A stretch of DNA of 45,012 nt from Octopus bimaculoides (lineage: Eukaryota): assembly GCF_001194135.2 (NCBI RefSeq), contig NC_068994.1, positions 17,695,090 through 17,740,101 on the forward strand. The letters run 5' to 3'. Positions within the stretch are counted from its first letter, which is position 1; each line of letters opens with the position of its first letter. Under the pieces are notes generated by a model. It saw nothing but the letters and a program-made list of their open reading frames with translations. It was not told where the DNA came from and made no database searches. The translations under genes were made by a program, and so were the position numbers. Positions 23,400 to 36,800 of this stretch are shown here, piece after piece.

Positions 23400-24330
23400 A
23401 GGTTATCTTTTATCTTTTACTTGTTTCAGTCTTTAGATTGCAACCTTGCTGGAGAAGTGGGGGGGGGCATTCCCTTGAAGGGGTTTTAGTCAAACAAATC
23501 AACCAAAGTACTTATTCTGTCAGTCCTTTTTGAAGAACTGCTAAGTTACTAGGATGTAAACAAACACTGGTTGTCAAGCAGTGATGGGGAACAAACACAG
23601 GCATAAATACACACACATACATACTATGCACTTTCAGAATTCTGGTTTAAACACCCCATGTGACCCCTTGTAACTTGTTAATTTTTGGGGGATTTTCAGA
23701 AAATTTTTGTGAATTTGTATTCTACACATATGAATATGCAAAAAAATCTTTTTGTGTGATTTAAGGGTGATTTAGCTATTATTTTTAGCACATCTCACGA
23801 CTACCAGATACCTTCCTTGTTTCTTTGTATCTTTAACATGTATTGATGTTTTTCAGTATTTTTCTCTCCATAAACACATTTAATGTAATGATGATGCACC
23901 CAAGGGTGATCTATTTCTGGGATTTAGGCAAAAAATTTGATCTGTCTATTTTAAACTCTAATTTTTAAAAACATTTGAAAAAGAGTAGAACTTTTAGGAT
24001 TTAGTGAGGGGTGGGGGAGGTTTAAAAAAATTTTTTTTTTTGTCTTCAAAATCCTATGAATTCTTGTGTGTAGAAAACAAACTTGAAAAAAATTTCTCAA
24101 AATTCCCAAAAATTAAAAAGTTATGAGGGGTTATATGGAGTGCTTAAACCATAATTCTGCCTGATATGCTTTCACAGTTTCCATCCACCAAATTCACAAG
24201 GCATTGGTTGGCCTGGGGCTAGGGTAAAAGACACTTGCTTAAAGGAGCCACACAGTGAGACTTGAACCTGAAACCACATGGTTGCAAAGCAAGTTTCTTA
24301 ATCACACAGCTACAGCTATGCCTGCATCTC
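23400..24330 (-). mobile_element. SINE family B split by a long-TIR MITE
   Basis: Tail at 23400-23630, head at ~24165-24330. Confidence 0.7.
23635..24159. mobile_element. MITE with ~100-bp terminal inverted repeats, superfamily unassigned
   Basis: cagaattctggtttaaacaccccatgtgacccc...ttctacaca matches the reverse complement of tgtgtagaaaac...ggggttatatggagtgcttaaaccataattctg. Confidence 0.8.
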
Positions 24331-24411
24331 AGCCACACATCTACATTGACTGAACAGACTTGTCTATGAACAAGAGAACTTCAGCCTTGATTTCATGTAC
24401 AGTATACCCTT

Positions 24412-24580
24412 TCTACCATAGGCAAAAGGCTTGAAATTTTGTGGGAGAGAGCTAAGCAAGTACACTGAACCCAGTGCTTATTTCATCAACCCTAAAATGA
24501 TTTGAACTCAGAACGTAAAGCCAGAAGAAATGCCAGAGCATTTCGTTCAATGTGCCGAAGGTTCTGGCAGCTCACCACCT
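24412..24580 (-). mobile_element. SINE family A
   Basis: tttgaactcagaacgtaaagcc...ggttctggcagctcacc. Confidence 0.7.
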
Positions 24581-24723
24581 TCTTTAGACACAATATATCA
24601 AAGATGATATCATCTAATGGGATATGGCTGGTTTAAATGCTAAAAGATTCCGAAATATCATTGGACTATATATAACCAAATTACAACAGGTATATAGTCC
24701 ATTTTTTGTTTTATAGTGCATTG

Positions 24724-24933
24724 TTAAGCTTTTAAACTGACTATATTAGGCCCAAATATTCTATCAGTTTTATGTTCAAACCAGCCATATATAGCCTCTC
24801 ACACTTTCCCTTCAATGTCATTCAAAAACTGAACAATATCACTGAAATCTCAAAGCTACATAATAACCCATGATTAATACAAAACAAAACAAATACTAAA
24901 TTTGACAGAATAATCTGAATGATAATGGGTTAA
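24724..24933. mobile_element. piggyBac-like MITE family P, copy 2 (degenerate)
   Basis: Internal homology to copy 1. Right end ...aatctgaatgataatggg-TTAA. Confidence 0.7.
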
Positions 24934-25199
24934 TCTACACACACTGTATAAAATCCTAATCTTTAATGTACCATTTAACCAATGGATTATGATACTCATC
25001 AGCACATATGCACACAAATATAGATTTTGCATTAGTTATTCTACAACAACAATAAGATAAGAGTATTCAATACACTCTTAAATAAATCTGTGTGGCCTAT
25101 TGTATACATGGTACCTAAAATCACAGTCCATACCTTATTTAAATTACTCTGTCTGCTTGTGTTTGTTTGATTTTAAATTAATTATGGCTTATTTTGTAA

Positions 25200-25415
25200 A
25201 TTCTGCCTGTCCTCCTCTACAGCCTGTCCATCCTCAAGCAAGACCTGAACAAACTCAGATCTTTGGTCTCTCTACGTGACCAAATCTCAAACAACAATAT
25301 CAAGAACAATGCCAGCAGCTGATCATTGAAGACCAAGTCTGGCAGCACAGGCTACAGTGGTTTGGCCACGCCTGCAGGATGAGCACCGGACGACTACCAC
25401 ACCAACTTCTTTTGC
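25200..25415 (+). mobile_element. RTE-clade LINE ORF2 C-terminal fragment
   Basis: ILPVLLYS ... QHRLQWFGHACRMSTGRLPHQLL matches the RTE motif RL.W.GHV.RM...RLP..LL. Confidence 0.75.
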
Positions 25416-25850
25416 TTTCCATCAACAAAGCTTTGATCAGTCTAGGCCCATAGTATGAAAAGAAACACTTGCCCAGCCACACAATGGGACTGAACCCTAG
25501 GCCACATGGTTGAGAATCAAGCATATTAATCACGCAGCTATGCCTGCCCAACATGGATTTTTAATTAATTAATTAATTAATTTTTTTGCTGCAATATCTT
25601 GATTTATTTCTAAATATTGGTACTCTAAGATTACAAATGTAATACTTGTATTTTCTCCAAATAATTTTGAGTGCTATGTTGTTTTCTACGTAGCAATGAC
25701 AGAATAAGCTGTTCTCTTGATGCAAGTGATTTTTATTAATGAATAACCATGTGGTTCCATGGCACAACATCCTGGGCAAGTGTATTTATTCTACTATTGC
25801 CATGGATCATTGTAAATGGAATTGGAAGACAGAAACTCCGAAGAGGCCTG

Positions 25851-25893
<43 letters not shown>

Positions 25894-25929
25894 ATCCTAT
25901 GGCAATGGGGCAATGTGCAGTGACAGGTT

Positions 25930-25970
<41 letters not shown>

Positions 25971-26085
25971 CATATATATAGCAATAAGAAAATGGAGGGG
26001 AATATGAGGTACTCATCAACTTGCAGACACTGTATTCCGTTGATTAATCTGTTTATTTTATAACCAAAATGACAAAAAGCACAAT

Positions 26086-26460
26086 NNNNNNNNNNNNNNN
26101 NNNNNNNNNNNNNNNNNNNNNNNNNNNNNNNNNNNNNNNNNNNNNNNNNNNNNNNNNNNNNNNNNNNNNNNNNNNNNNNNNNNNNNNNNNNNNNNNNNNN
26201 NNNNNNNNNNNNNNNNNNNNNNNNNNNNNNNNNNNNNNNNNNNNNNNNNNNNNNNNNNNNNNNNNNNNNNNNNNNNNNNNNNNNNNNNNNNNNNNNNNNN
26301 NNNNNNNNNNNNNNNNNNNNNNNNNNNNNNNNNNNNNNNNNNNNNNNNNNNNNNNNNNNNNNNNNNNNNNNNNNNNNNNNNNNNNNNNNNNNNNNNNNNN
26401 NNNNNNNNNNNNNNNNNNNNNNNNNNNNNNNNNNNNNNNNNNNNNNNNNNNNNNNNNNNN
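26086..26460. other. Assembly gap
   Basis: N run. Confidence 0.99.
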
Positions 26461-26479
26461 TATATATATATATATATAT

Positions 26480-27900
26480 CATCATCCTTTAACGTCTGTT
26501 TTCCACATTGGAAAGTTTGGACAGAGCTGGAAAGCAAGAGAGCTGCACCACATTCCAGTCTGACTTGGACTGGTTTCTACAGCTGGATGCAGATGCCCTT
26601 CCCAACACCAACCACTTTACCTAGTGCGTTGGGTGCTTTTACATGGTGCTGGCACAGGTGCTTTTCATATGGCACTGGCACAGTGTATTTTTAAGTGGCA
26701 CCAGAACAGGGCTCTTGCAGGCCAATCCTCTTCAGTAGTGATGGTGGCATTAACATTTCTGCTGTAGATGCTGCTCACCTTGTTGAAGAATATGGGCTTG
26801 CAACATACCTATGATCTCTACCCATGTCACTGTGTACCCCACCCTCTCCCTATTTCTCATCTATATTGTTTTATTACAATGCTGCTCTCTGCCACCACCT
26901 TTTTTGTATTACCACTTATGTTCTCCTTCCTGGACCCACTCCCTATTTCTTTTATCTTTGCACCCAAACTAATATTCCCCATTGTCCATACCCTCTCCTC
27001 TTCCCCTGTTCAACAGTCATCACATTCACCTATAAGGTAAAATAGTAAAGGGTAAAGACCCCCTTCGGTCATGAATGGCCATGGGATTGCATCAAAAAAG
27101 TTACCCCCTGAGGCACAAGTCCAGGCAAGGTTGTTTATGGAAGACTGGCAGTCATCCTCCCCTCTTCGTGCCACTGATATTACCCAAGGGAAAGGCAAAG
27201 GCCAATACAGCTTGGCACCAGTGATGTCACAACTCATTTCTACAACTGTGTGAACTGGAGCAACATGAAATAAAGTGTCTTGCTCAAGAGCACAACACAC
27301 AGCCCAGTCCGGGAATCAAACTCACTATCTCATGATTGTCAGCCCAATGCTCTAACCACTGAGCCATGTGCATTCATTACATTCATCTATACCCCATCTT
27401 TAATCATCTGTTTCTTGTCTCAAACTCTTGTATTTAACTACCTACCACTCCTGTTCCCCTGTCCCTATCCCCCTCATTCACCCATTTGTACCTCAAGAGT
27501 ACATCCTAACACCTCACCCCCACCTAGCACCATCTTTTTCTCTCTTCTTCCAGCTAAGGTTGCCATGTATCTCCTCTACAGCAAAGCATTTGTTCCTAAC
27601 CCACTATCACACTCTTGCTTCTCGATCCTGGCATAAAGCCACCTCCCTCAATACTACACCCACAACTCAGTCAAGAGGCTTTGTCTTACAAGTTATGTGG
27701 TGACCACAATGGTGCCAATGACACAAAAGACACCCAGTACACTCTGTAAAGTGGTCGGTGTTGGGAAGGTCATCAAACCGTAGGGACCAAGTCAAAGTAG
27801 ATATTGGACCATGACACAATCCTCTGACTTGCTGGATCTTATCAAACTGGCCAATCCATGCCAGCATTGAAGGTGAATGTTAAATGATTATGATGATGAA
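26480..27900. mobile_element. Mosaic of retroposon 3' tails ending in (GAT)n, a tRNA-headed SINE (27040-27370, minus) and unclassified repeat
   Basis: Tail motif ...gttaaatgattatgatgatg at ~27880-27898 and a related reverse tail at 26480-26700. tRNA-like head at 27330-27370. Confidence 0.5.
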
Positions 27901-29580
27901 AACATGTGAATGTGTGCTTGTGTGTGAGCCTGTATGTCTGTATGAATGTTGTTCCATGTATCCTTGTTAAACATCAAGTGAAATAACAAAAAATAAATCT
28001 TTTTTAAAAAGCCAGTAACTTTGCCTACATTCTTCAGTAAATAAAAATTCCTATTTCAGCTTTCAATGTGAAATGACCATACTTGAAAAACAGGTAAGGG
28101 CCTCTAGGTGTAAAAAACCTACTTCAACAAGTTTTATTTAACCCACACCAGCATGCAAAAGCTCTCTGGATCATATGTGGCAGATGTATCAACACCACCA
28201 TTTTAATATATGCTTTTCCATGTTTGCATGAGTCAAACGAAGTTTATTGAGGTAGATTTTCTATGGCTAGTTGTCCTTCCTGTTGCCAATGTTCATCTGT
28301 TTCCAAGCTAGGCAATAATATGTTACAACCAAGTTACAACTATACAGTGATGCCAAGACAAGGAGTCACAAACACACACATGCGCATATATGGATGACAG
28401 GCTTCTTTCAGTTTCCATCTACCAAATCCATTCACACGTTTGCTTATTTTTAGGAAACTCAACTTAAACCATTTTCTGAATGGTTTAGATGCAACAATTT
28501 TGAGTGAATCAACATTTGCAGACCAACTGAAGATCATCAGAATCTTTCAGCAATTTCTTCAAAATATAATAGATTCTTGGAATTGTCATTATTTTATGTA
28601 TATTAATAAACCGTGGCAAGACCAGTAATGATGTAATCCACCACATGTAGCCTCTAGGGATTTTTGTATAAAACTATAATATAATTTAATTGTTTAAGAT
28701 ATTTATCGTAGTTTGGTTTATTAAAAAAAAAAGAGCATGATACCAAGGGAGATAATTCATTCAAGCTTAAAAAAAATTTTTTTAACAAAACTTTGCAATT
28801 TCCAAAGAAATATTACTACCTTTGAATTTCTTTAAGAAAGCAAATCAGAGACAATAGAGTACTCATGTAGATTTTGAATAAGATAAAATTGTCAAATCAT
28901 AATAAATGAAAGTGAATAAAAAAACCTTCACTTTTTTGTGTCTATCCAAAACATTTTCATAAATTTGTTCTAAACATCCACATTTGTTTTCAGACTTATT
29001 TAGCTCTTGCTTCATATATTCTGAGCAATATAAAGCTTTCCTTTCATAAGTTCCAAGTTACTCTGGGGTTGAAAAAATAATTGGTAATATATAAAATATA
29101 TGAATATGATACTTGGACACTAGGCACAAGTATGTCTTGGGTATCACATATGATACACAGGATGGGTAAAGGGTTAATTGATAAAATTGACCAATTTCCA
29201 CAGCACAAAGACTAATTATCATTCAATAGATACAGGCATGGCTGGCTGTATGGTCAGAAGTTTGCTTTCAAACCACACAGTCTCTAGTTCGATCCTATTG
29301 TATGACACTTTGGGTAAGTATTTTCCATTATAGCCCTGGGTCAACCAAAACCTTGTCAGTAGTTATGGTAGATGGAAACTGAAAGCAGCTCACTATATAC
29401 AGATATATGTATGTGCATGCATATGTTAGTATTTCATTATGTGATATCATTGTAATGCGTCTGGTCATGGACAACATCATCTTGCTTGGAAACAGGTGAG
29501 GGTTGGCAACAGAAAGGGCATCCAGTTGTAGAAAACCTGACTCTATAACTTCCTTCTGACCCAAGTAAGCACAGAAAAAT

Positions 29581-29976
29581 GTGCATTGATTCCCAGCGAC
29601 ATGGTTCCAAGTTCAGTACAACTGCATGGCAGCTTGGGCATGTGTCTTCTTATAGCCTGTAACCTTGGGCCAAATAAAGCCTTGCGAGTGGATTTTATAG
29701 ATAGAAACTGAAAGAAGCCTGTCATATATATTTATATATATACACACACATCTATGTGTGGGTGTCTTTGTGTCTGTGTTTGTCCCCTAACACCACTTGA
29801 CAACCAGTGTTGGGGTGTTTATGTCTCCATAACTTAGTGGTTTGGCAAAGAGGTCAATAGAATAAGTACCAGGCTTTAAAAAAAAAAGGACTGGGGTTGA
29901 TTCATTTGACTAAACATTCAAGGTGGTGCCTCAGTATTGCTGCATTCTAGTGACTAAAACAAGTAAAAGATTAAAA
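29581..29976 (+). mobile_element. SINE family B, near full length
   Basis: Head, TA/TG spacer and tail ending gactaaaacaagtaaaagattaaaag. Confidence 0.8.
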
Positions 29977-30399
29977 AGAAAACATATATATACACATATA
30001 TATGCTCTTTCGTTTTTTTTTTGACTGAAAAAGAAAGACACAACAAAATAAATAAATAAAACAGCATTGAATTGTAAGTATAGCAAAATAACCTCCTTTT
30101 ATTTATAAAGGAGTTTTTTTTTTTTTTAAGAGGGGGGAATATACAAAAAGTATACAAACTTCAAATTTGTTTTACTACAAATTTATATGTTGAGAGGAAA
30201 ATAAAATTTCCTCTTGTTTAACAAATTTTACATGACTAAAACCATTTCTTCAATAAAAGAGCAACATTCCACAAAGTTCATTATCATCATCATTGTAAAC
30301 TGTTGTTTCAGAGACGGAAAGAGGAGTGAGATAGGGGAAATATTGTTCAATGAAGGAAACAGAGCAAATAGCACAGGTACCAGTTATCTTTTATGCATA

Positions 30400-30635
30400 A
30401 TGCACACACACACACACACACACACACACAATATATATATATACACACACACGTGCATATACATATATGTATATATATACATACACACACAAACACACAT
30501 ACATGAGTGTGTGCATGTGTTTACGCATGCAGACACTCTCACATACATATTTGGGGCAATAAACTTACATAATGCACACAAATTCCATTTGAAGTTATGA
30601 TGTATATGTGTGTGTGTGTGTGTATAGATATACAT

Positions 30636-30698
<63 letters not shown>

Positions 30699-30835
30699 AA
30701 GATACACACATTACATGCAGCCAATTTAAAACAGTCTGTTAAAGGATTTGGGGGAGGGAAAACAGTAATTTCATATTAGAGAGAGGGAGAGAGAATCAAG
30801 AGAGAGAGAGAGAGTCAAGAGAGAGAGAGAGAGAT
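30400..30835. repeat. Compound (CA)/(TA)/(GA) microsatellites
   Basis: Directly visible. Confidence 0.92.
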
Positions 30836-31836
30836 TGTGTTTAAATAAAATGTAAAACAAACAAATGTAATATATCACATTGATAAAGTGGTGGGACAGT
30901 TTTTTTTTTTCTTTTTTTGGTATTGAAAATTTGGACTTTAATTTTCAATGAAGTGGCTTTTTAAATAAAAAAGAAAAAAAAACATCTTTGTAAATAAAGA
31001 ATGTGACATTTTGTAGCAATGCATTATCAAATACACTGTCTTTATATACAATCAGAATAGCTACAGAAGTTTACAACAGTGCTTATAAGCACTGTTAAGT
31101 CTTGAATTTTTCCTGTCCCTGGCAATAAAACCAGTTAATTCATTCCAGGCATTAGGACATTTTGAAAAAAAAAAAAATTTTTTGTTTTCTTTTTTAAAAT
31201 TATTATTTTGCCAAATCATGAAGAACACTTCACAAGTGACATGCACCAACCATCTGAAGCAACCAAAAGAAGTTTGAGCCAACAAGACAAGCTATGGAAT
31301 TGCTCGACCTACCAAAAGTAGCAGTCAAATATCCATCAGATCACATACTACTGTCTTTCTGTCTTTGATAAAAATCAAAATCAAAATAAAAATGATGGGT
31401 TTGTTATGGCTAAAATATTTTTGATCATAGGACTGCTCGATTAGGACTGACCTGGGGGCTAAACAGCACACCGTGAACACCAAGAGAAATTGGAAACTTG
31501 TTTTTAAATCTATGTATCTGTTGCGATCGTATTTAAAATCTGTTTCTCGATAGCAAGATCAAGTCAATCAATATTTGGAAAAAAAAAAGTTAAGATTGCA
31601 GATCTCAGTCGATAGGTTTTCAGAAATGATTTGAATTTTACAGATGGGAATTATCAAAGAGAGAGAGAGATACCACGAAAAAGAAAAACAACAACAACAA
31701 AGATTGATGTCTCAGTTAAGACCATTCATGAGAATAAAAAGAGTATGAATAGATGGTTGGGTCAATTCAGGCACTAGATTATTATAAGAAAAGCAGCAGG
31801 ACTTTACATCATTGAATCAATTTAATTAGCAAACTT

Positions 31837-32065
31837 TTAACCCTTCAACATTTAAACCAGTCATATCCAGCCCAAATATCCTATTAGTTTTATGTTTAAA
31901 CTGATCAGATCCTGACTCTCACACCTACCCTACAATATCATTAAAAAAAATAAATGATCACATCATCAAAATCTCAAAGCGACAAGATAATGCATGATTA
32001 ATTCAAAACAATGTGAAATAAATAAGCATTACATTTGCAGAATAATCTGAATGCTAAAGGGTTAA
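31837..32065. mobile_element. piggyBac-like MITE family P, copy 3
   Basis: TTAA-CCCTTCAACATT ... AATGCTAAAGGG-TTAA. Confidence 0.85.
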
Positions 32066-32579
32066 AAGCTGTTTTATGTTATAAAATTGGGAGAGGACTG
32101 ATGTACTAACTTAATATCCTGAAGAGTAACAACTATCTAAATTCAGCCACCTTGCTTACTTGACAAATGCTTTTCTTGTCAATTTAGTAATGAAAAGTTA
32201 ATTAAACATCATTATACAGTTTACTATCATATATGTATTACTTCAGCTGCAAATTGGTTTTTCTTGTTCCCATTGCAGATATGTGCACACAAACTAAAAT
32301 ATTATTCTAGCCTGGATTACATATGTCACGTAAATAAATAAAAATCCTTACTGCTCTAATAGACCCCCTTTTTGCTATGACTTGTGGGGTTAAATGTCAC
32401 CATTTGTCAGACTTTATATGTCAAGAATGCAATAAACTCTGAACCCTGTATTGCTAGAGCAGAATAATTTAAGTGTGTATATATGCATTTAAATGTGTGT
32501 ATGTATGCATATATGTGTGTGTATGTATGTATATATATATGTTGCTTTGTAAGAGTTATTGCTAAAAGAGTTCAAGTGC

Positions 32580-32628
32580 NNNNNNNNNNNNNNNNNNNNN
32601 NNNNNNNNNNNNNNNNNNNNNNNNNNNN
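32580..32628. other. Assembly gap
   Basis: N run. Confidence 0.99.
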
Positions 32629-32671
<43 letters not shown>

Positions 32672-33009
32672 ACACATACCTAACAAAATAAATGTCTGTA
32701 ATTTTCCTATACAATTCAGATTTAAGGATATAACATTCTCCACTGAAACTAAATTTCTTATACAATAGTAATAATGATGTAAGATGTTTAGAGACAAAGA
32801 AAAGGGGTTGTCTAATTCATAACGGGAAATGGGTCTAGCCTTTAGATTTTTCTAGTACATATACCTGCAACATGGCACATTACAGGACTTAATACAAAAT
32901 AACCAAGATCTTTTGCCTATATGCAAGATTTGCAAAACAAAATTATGAACAGTCAATTCGAACATAAGATCTTATTTTTACACTTTTTTATTGACCTTAG
33001 AAAAGTTAA

Positions 33010-33238
33010 CTAACCCCTTAGTATTAAAACCAGACATATCCAGCCCAAATAGTCTTCTTGTTTTATGTTCAAATCAGCCAGATCTGGCTTCTTATAACTA
33101 CCCTAGAATGTCACTCTAAAAAGAAACAATCACATCGTCAAATATTTCACAGCTTCAAGATGATGCACGATTAATTTAAAACAATGTGAATGAATAAGTA
33201 TTATATTTCACAGAAGAATCTGAATGCTAAAGGGTTAA
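33010..33238. mobile_element. piggyBac-like MITE family P, copy 4
   Basis: CTAA-CCCCTTAGTATT ... AATGCTAAAGGG-TTAA. Confidence 0.8.
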
Positions 33239-33548
33239 AAACTAAAAAGATGCCAATATAATTTGAACCAGAACAATGTGGTATCAAACTAAAGAGAAAA
33301 CATTTAGGCTGGTTCTCAATTGTCTGCACAAATAACATTATTCTTTCCAAATTAAAAAGCCTCACATCTTGACCATATTCAAATATTTTAAGAGATGACC
33401 ATCATATTAATAACAAGAGTTATTAATATCATGATGAATGTAAGATTTATATTCTATGTAGTGATTTTTTTAACTAAAAAGTAAAGATGGGGCTAAAATA
33501 CTATTGCCTAAGGATACATCTATCATATATATCTGCTATTACCATAGG

Positions 33549-33585
<37 letters not shown>

Positions 33586-33679
33586 TACACCTATATTTGG
33601 ATAGCCAACAACCAGGCAAGAACTTAAATCAATAGAACTTATTGTGTGAGTAACAGATACTGCATGGGGAATGATAATA

Positions 33680-33860
33680 ATAGCAGTTTCAAATTTTAGC
33701 ACAAGGCCAGTAATTTCAGGGGTGGGGGATTAGTCAATTACATTAACCTCAAAAGGATAAAAGGCAAAGTTAATCTTAGCAGAATCTGAACTCAGAATGT
33801 GAAGATGGATGAAGTAATTTTGTCCAGTGCAGTAATGATTCTGCCAGCTCACTGCCTTAA
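33680..33860 (-). mobile_element. SINE family A
   Basis: aaaggataaaaggcaaagttaatcttagcagaatctgaactcagaatg...ctgccagctcactgcctta. Confidence 0.75.
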
Positions 33861-36800
33861 TGATAATAATAATAAAGTTTAGCTCCTACAACTAAAATAA
33901 ATAAATAATAAAATCACTTGCGAACTAAAGAAACTGATGCTACCAGAAACATGAATACTAAAAAGCATATCAATGGCTGTTACCTATGTCATATGAATTA
34001 CAATTGACTTACTAAAGATAATCACATAAATTAATCACATCCAATACCAAGATGTACATATTCCTAGAGTACTTCATATTATCTAGCTTTTTTGCCTCAC
34101 CTAGCTGCCTCCATTTAGCATTTTGTTGAAATGCTTCCATAACCGACTTCAAAATATAAAGCTGCAAAATTAATCAACTGTTGTACATAAAGGCCTTAAA
34201 ATACTATTTTGATTTTGAGTTAGACATTAAGAAGAACTCTTGGCTATATTTCATGGCTTCAAACTAGACATGATTGTGTGGTTTGCAAGTCTACCAAGAC
34301 ACCAGTTTAAAAAAGCAGGACAAACAGTTAATAAGAAACAGTAGCTGTAACAAAAAAGACAAGGAATAGAACACTCACAGCTGTATACTGGGACAAGTGA
34401 AAAGTACTCTAATCTAACAAACACTGATGAAGAACAAAGCAAAAACAGAATTACAGAATGCTGAGGTAAGAATGAACTTTTATTATAACAAAAGATCTTG
34501 AGCATCAGTAAAGAAACTGGAAGACAAGAAAACTATTAACAATGCAACTCCTTAAACAAGCTGCCTAAAATATCCAGAAATGACCAGCTAGCTTTAGTTA
34601 TGTGTATATTTTGGCATTTCAGAATATGGAATATTCTCCTTCAGAGCCCCAGAAAAATGATTTTTAAAAGCTTTCCAGGAGTAAGGAAGGTTAAAATACA
34701 TAGTATATGTGTCTGTTTGCTGCTGAGATGAATTTGTATTAACAGCTCAGAGAAATTTAGCTTAACAAGAGATGTGTCTATATCACATCCATCACAGCAG
34801 GTAAAATGATTAAGAAACAAGTGAAACATCGAACTTGAGATTCCATTAGACAAATACTGCTTGATATATAGAGATACAGTCAATATTAATGATCTATTAA
34901 TCAACCAGGAATTTATAAACTCCAGCATGATTAACAAACAAGGAACACAGAGCTAAAAGGTAGAAACAGAAGGCATAACAATAACTAGTGAAATTCAGAT
35001 TGTAGCCACTAAACATAACACCAAAACATAATGAAAAAGGGAATCAGTTTTAAATGAAAGATAGGGTAAAAACAGAATTTAAAGAAACTTCAAATGCTTT
35101 CTTTAGTAACAAAAAATATATTTAATAGAATGACAAAATGGCCCAAAATTTGTAGTAGAGCACTTGTCAATGACAAATATGATCCTTAAGAAATTGACCC
35201 ACTATCTTATAAGGGGTCAAAGAAATACAGATAGCACCATCAATGTCCAACATACTTGACATTGCCAATATTAAAGCCATTTCTAATAGACTATTATACG
35301 TAGGCACACAAAGTAAAACAATTTGTACAAGAACTTATAAATCAAAATCAGCATGACATGGAATATAAAGACAACAATACTACAAAACATTACTGCTCTT
35401 GGTACTAAAAGGGGAAATTCAGAACAAATTGGTGGCAACAGTCTTTAAGTATATACCAGATAAGGGCAACCTTTTTTCAAGAAGCAGACCACATAAGACA
35501 TGGTTCATGACCAGGAAGGTTGCACAACTAAAAAAATCTAAGGTAATTTTTCATTAGATGTGCCATTCAGAAAGTGCCATAGGCTGCAGGTTGCCCATAA
35601 CTGGTACATACATATGCATTATGTGTTCTGTAATGATACATTAAAGGGAAGCGCACATATATATATATAGTTGCTTATACATTTACTGAATATAGAATGG
35701 AGACCTTTGAACAAAAGGAATGTGATGGAACTGGCTTCAAAATATTTCTGTTGGACTGAAGCAAGATACTTCTGCAGAGTGTCTTGCTTGAAGTACAACA
35801 GAAATAAGTGACAAGATATACAATAGTACCTATCATTTGATGCTGCACAAAGCAAAGAAAGCACCAACTGATATCGCTATGACAATTGCCCACTTGTTTT
35901 AAATTTTTCAACAGATATCGCAGTAAATTAACCCCACAGGCTGATTAAATTAGTGTGAAATACAAAGTGGACAGCAATGAAGACTTCTACACGAGCCTCA
36001 TAAATTAATGCCTCACCATCACTAGTCATTTTGCTAAGATGTCATCAATGAAATATTATCTTCAGTAAATGTAGACCCAATGAGATCTGACAAGGAGGTA
36101 AACAACAACAACTCTTATAAGGGCCAAAACTGAATGTAAGTTCAATAAACAAGTGTGTAATCTAAAAGAAAAAGCTTTCTACTGATTAAAAATTTACTTT
36201 ATTTGGGAAACTTAGAGAGCTACAGAAAATTCTTAAAAACTGACAGCCATAACAATACTTTAATGATCTAATATAATGACTGGATTGCAAGGCACTTCAA
36301 GAGAAGAGATTGAATTATTTTCTCTCTCCTTTTCTGTAAGTATTTAATGTTGTCTACAACTGACTTTAGGTTAATTCTGAATAAAAAAAAAAACAAGCAA
36401 AAAAAATCTAAACATATGAAGCTTAAATACAAACAAACAGATGAGATAAAATATAAAGACATTATAATAGTTAATCCTTTCGTAAACAGGAATGTTACAG
36501 ATTCTTTTTTCCTCTGAATAGGAAAATGCTAAGCTATCCTAAAAAAAAACTTTTCTTCTCCCAGAAAACTATTTTTCCACAGTTAAGTGAAACATGCAGA
36601 ATAAAGTGTCTTGCCCAGAGACTCAAGAAAATGACAGCAGAGCTAACAAATCATGAACTGGTAATCTAATACCTTAAGCATTTCTTCTAAATACACAGAA
36701 TAGGATTTGAATTCCCAGCAGCGAGGCACCCATCTCTGCATACCACAATACAATCAGCTTGGCTCTCTACCTATTGTATTATCACACCCACTCTCAACAA

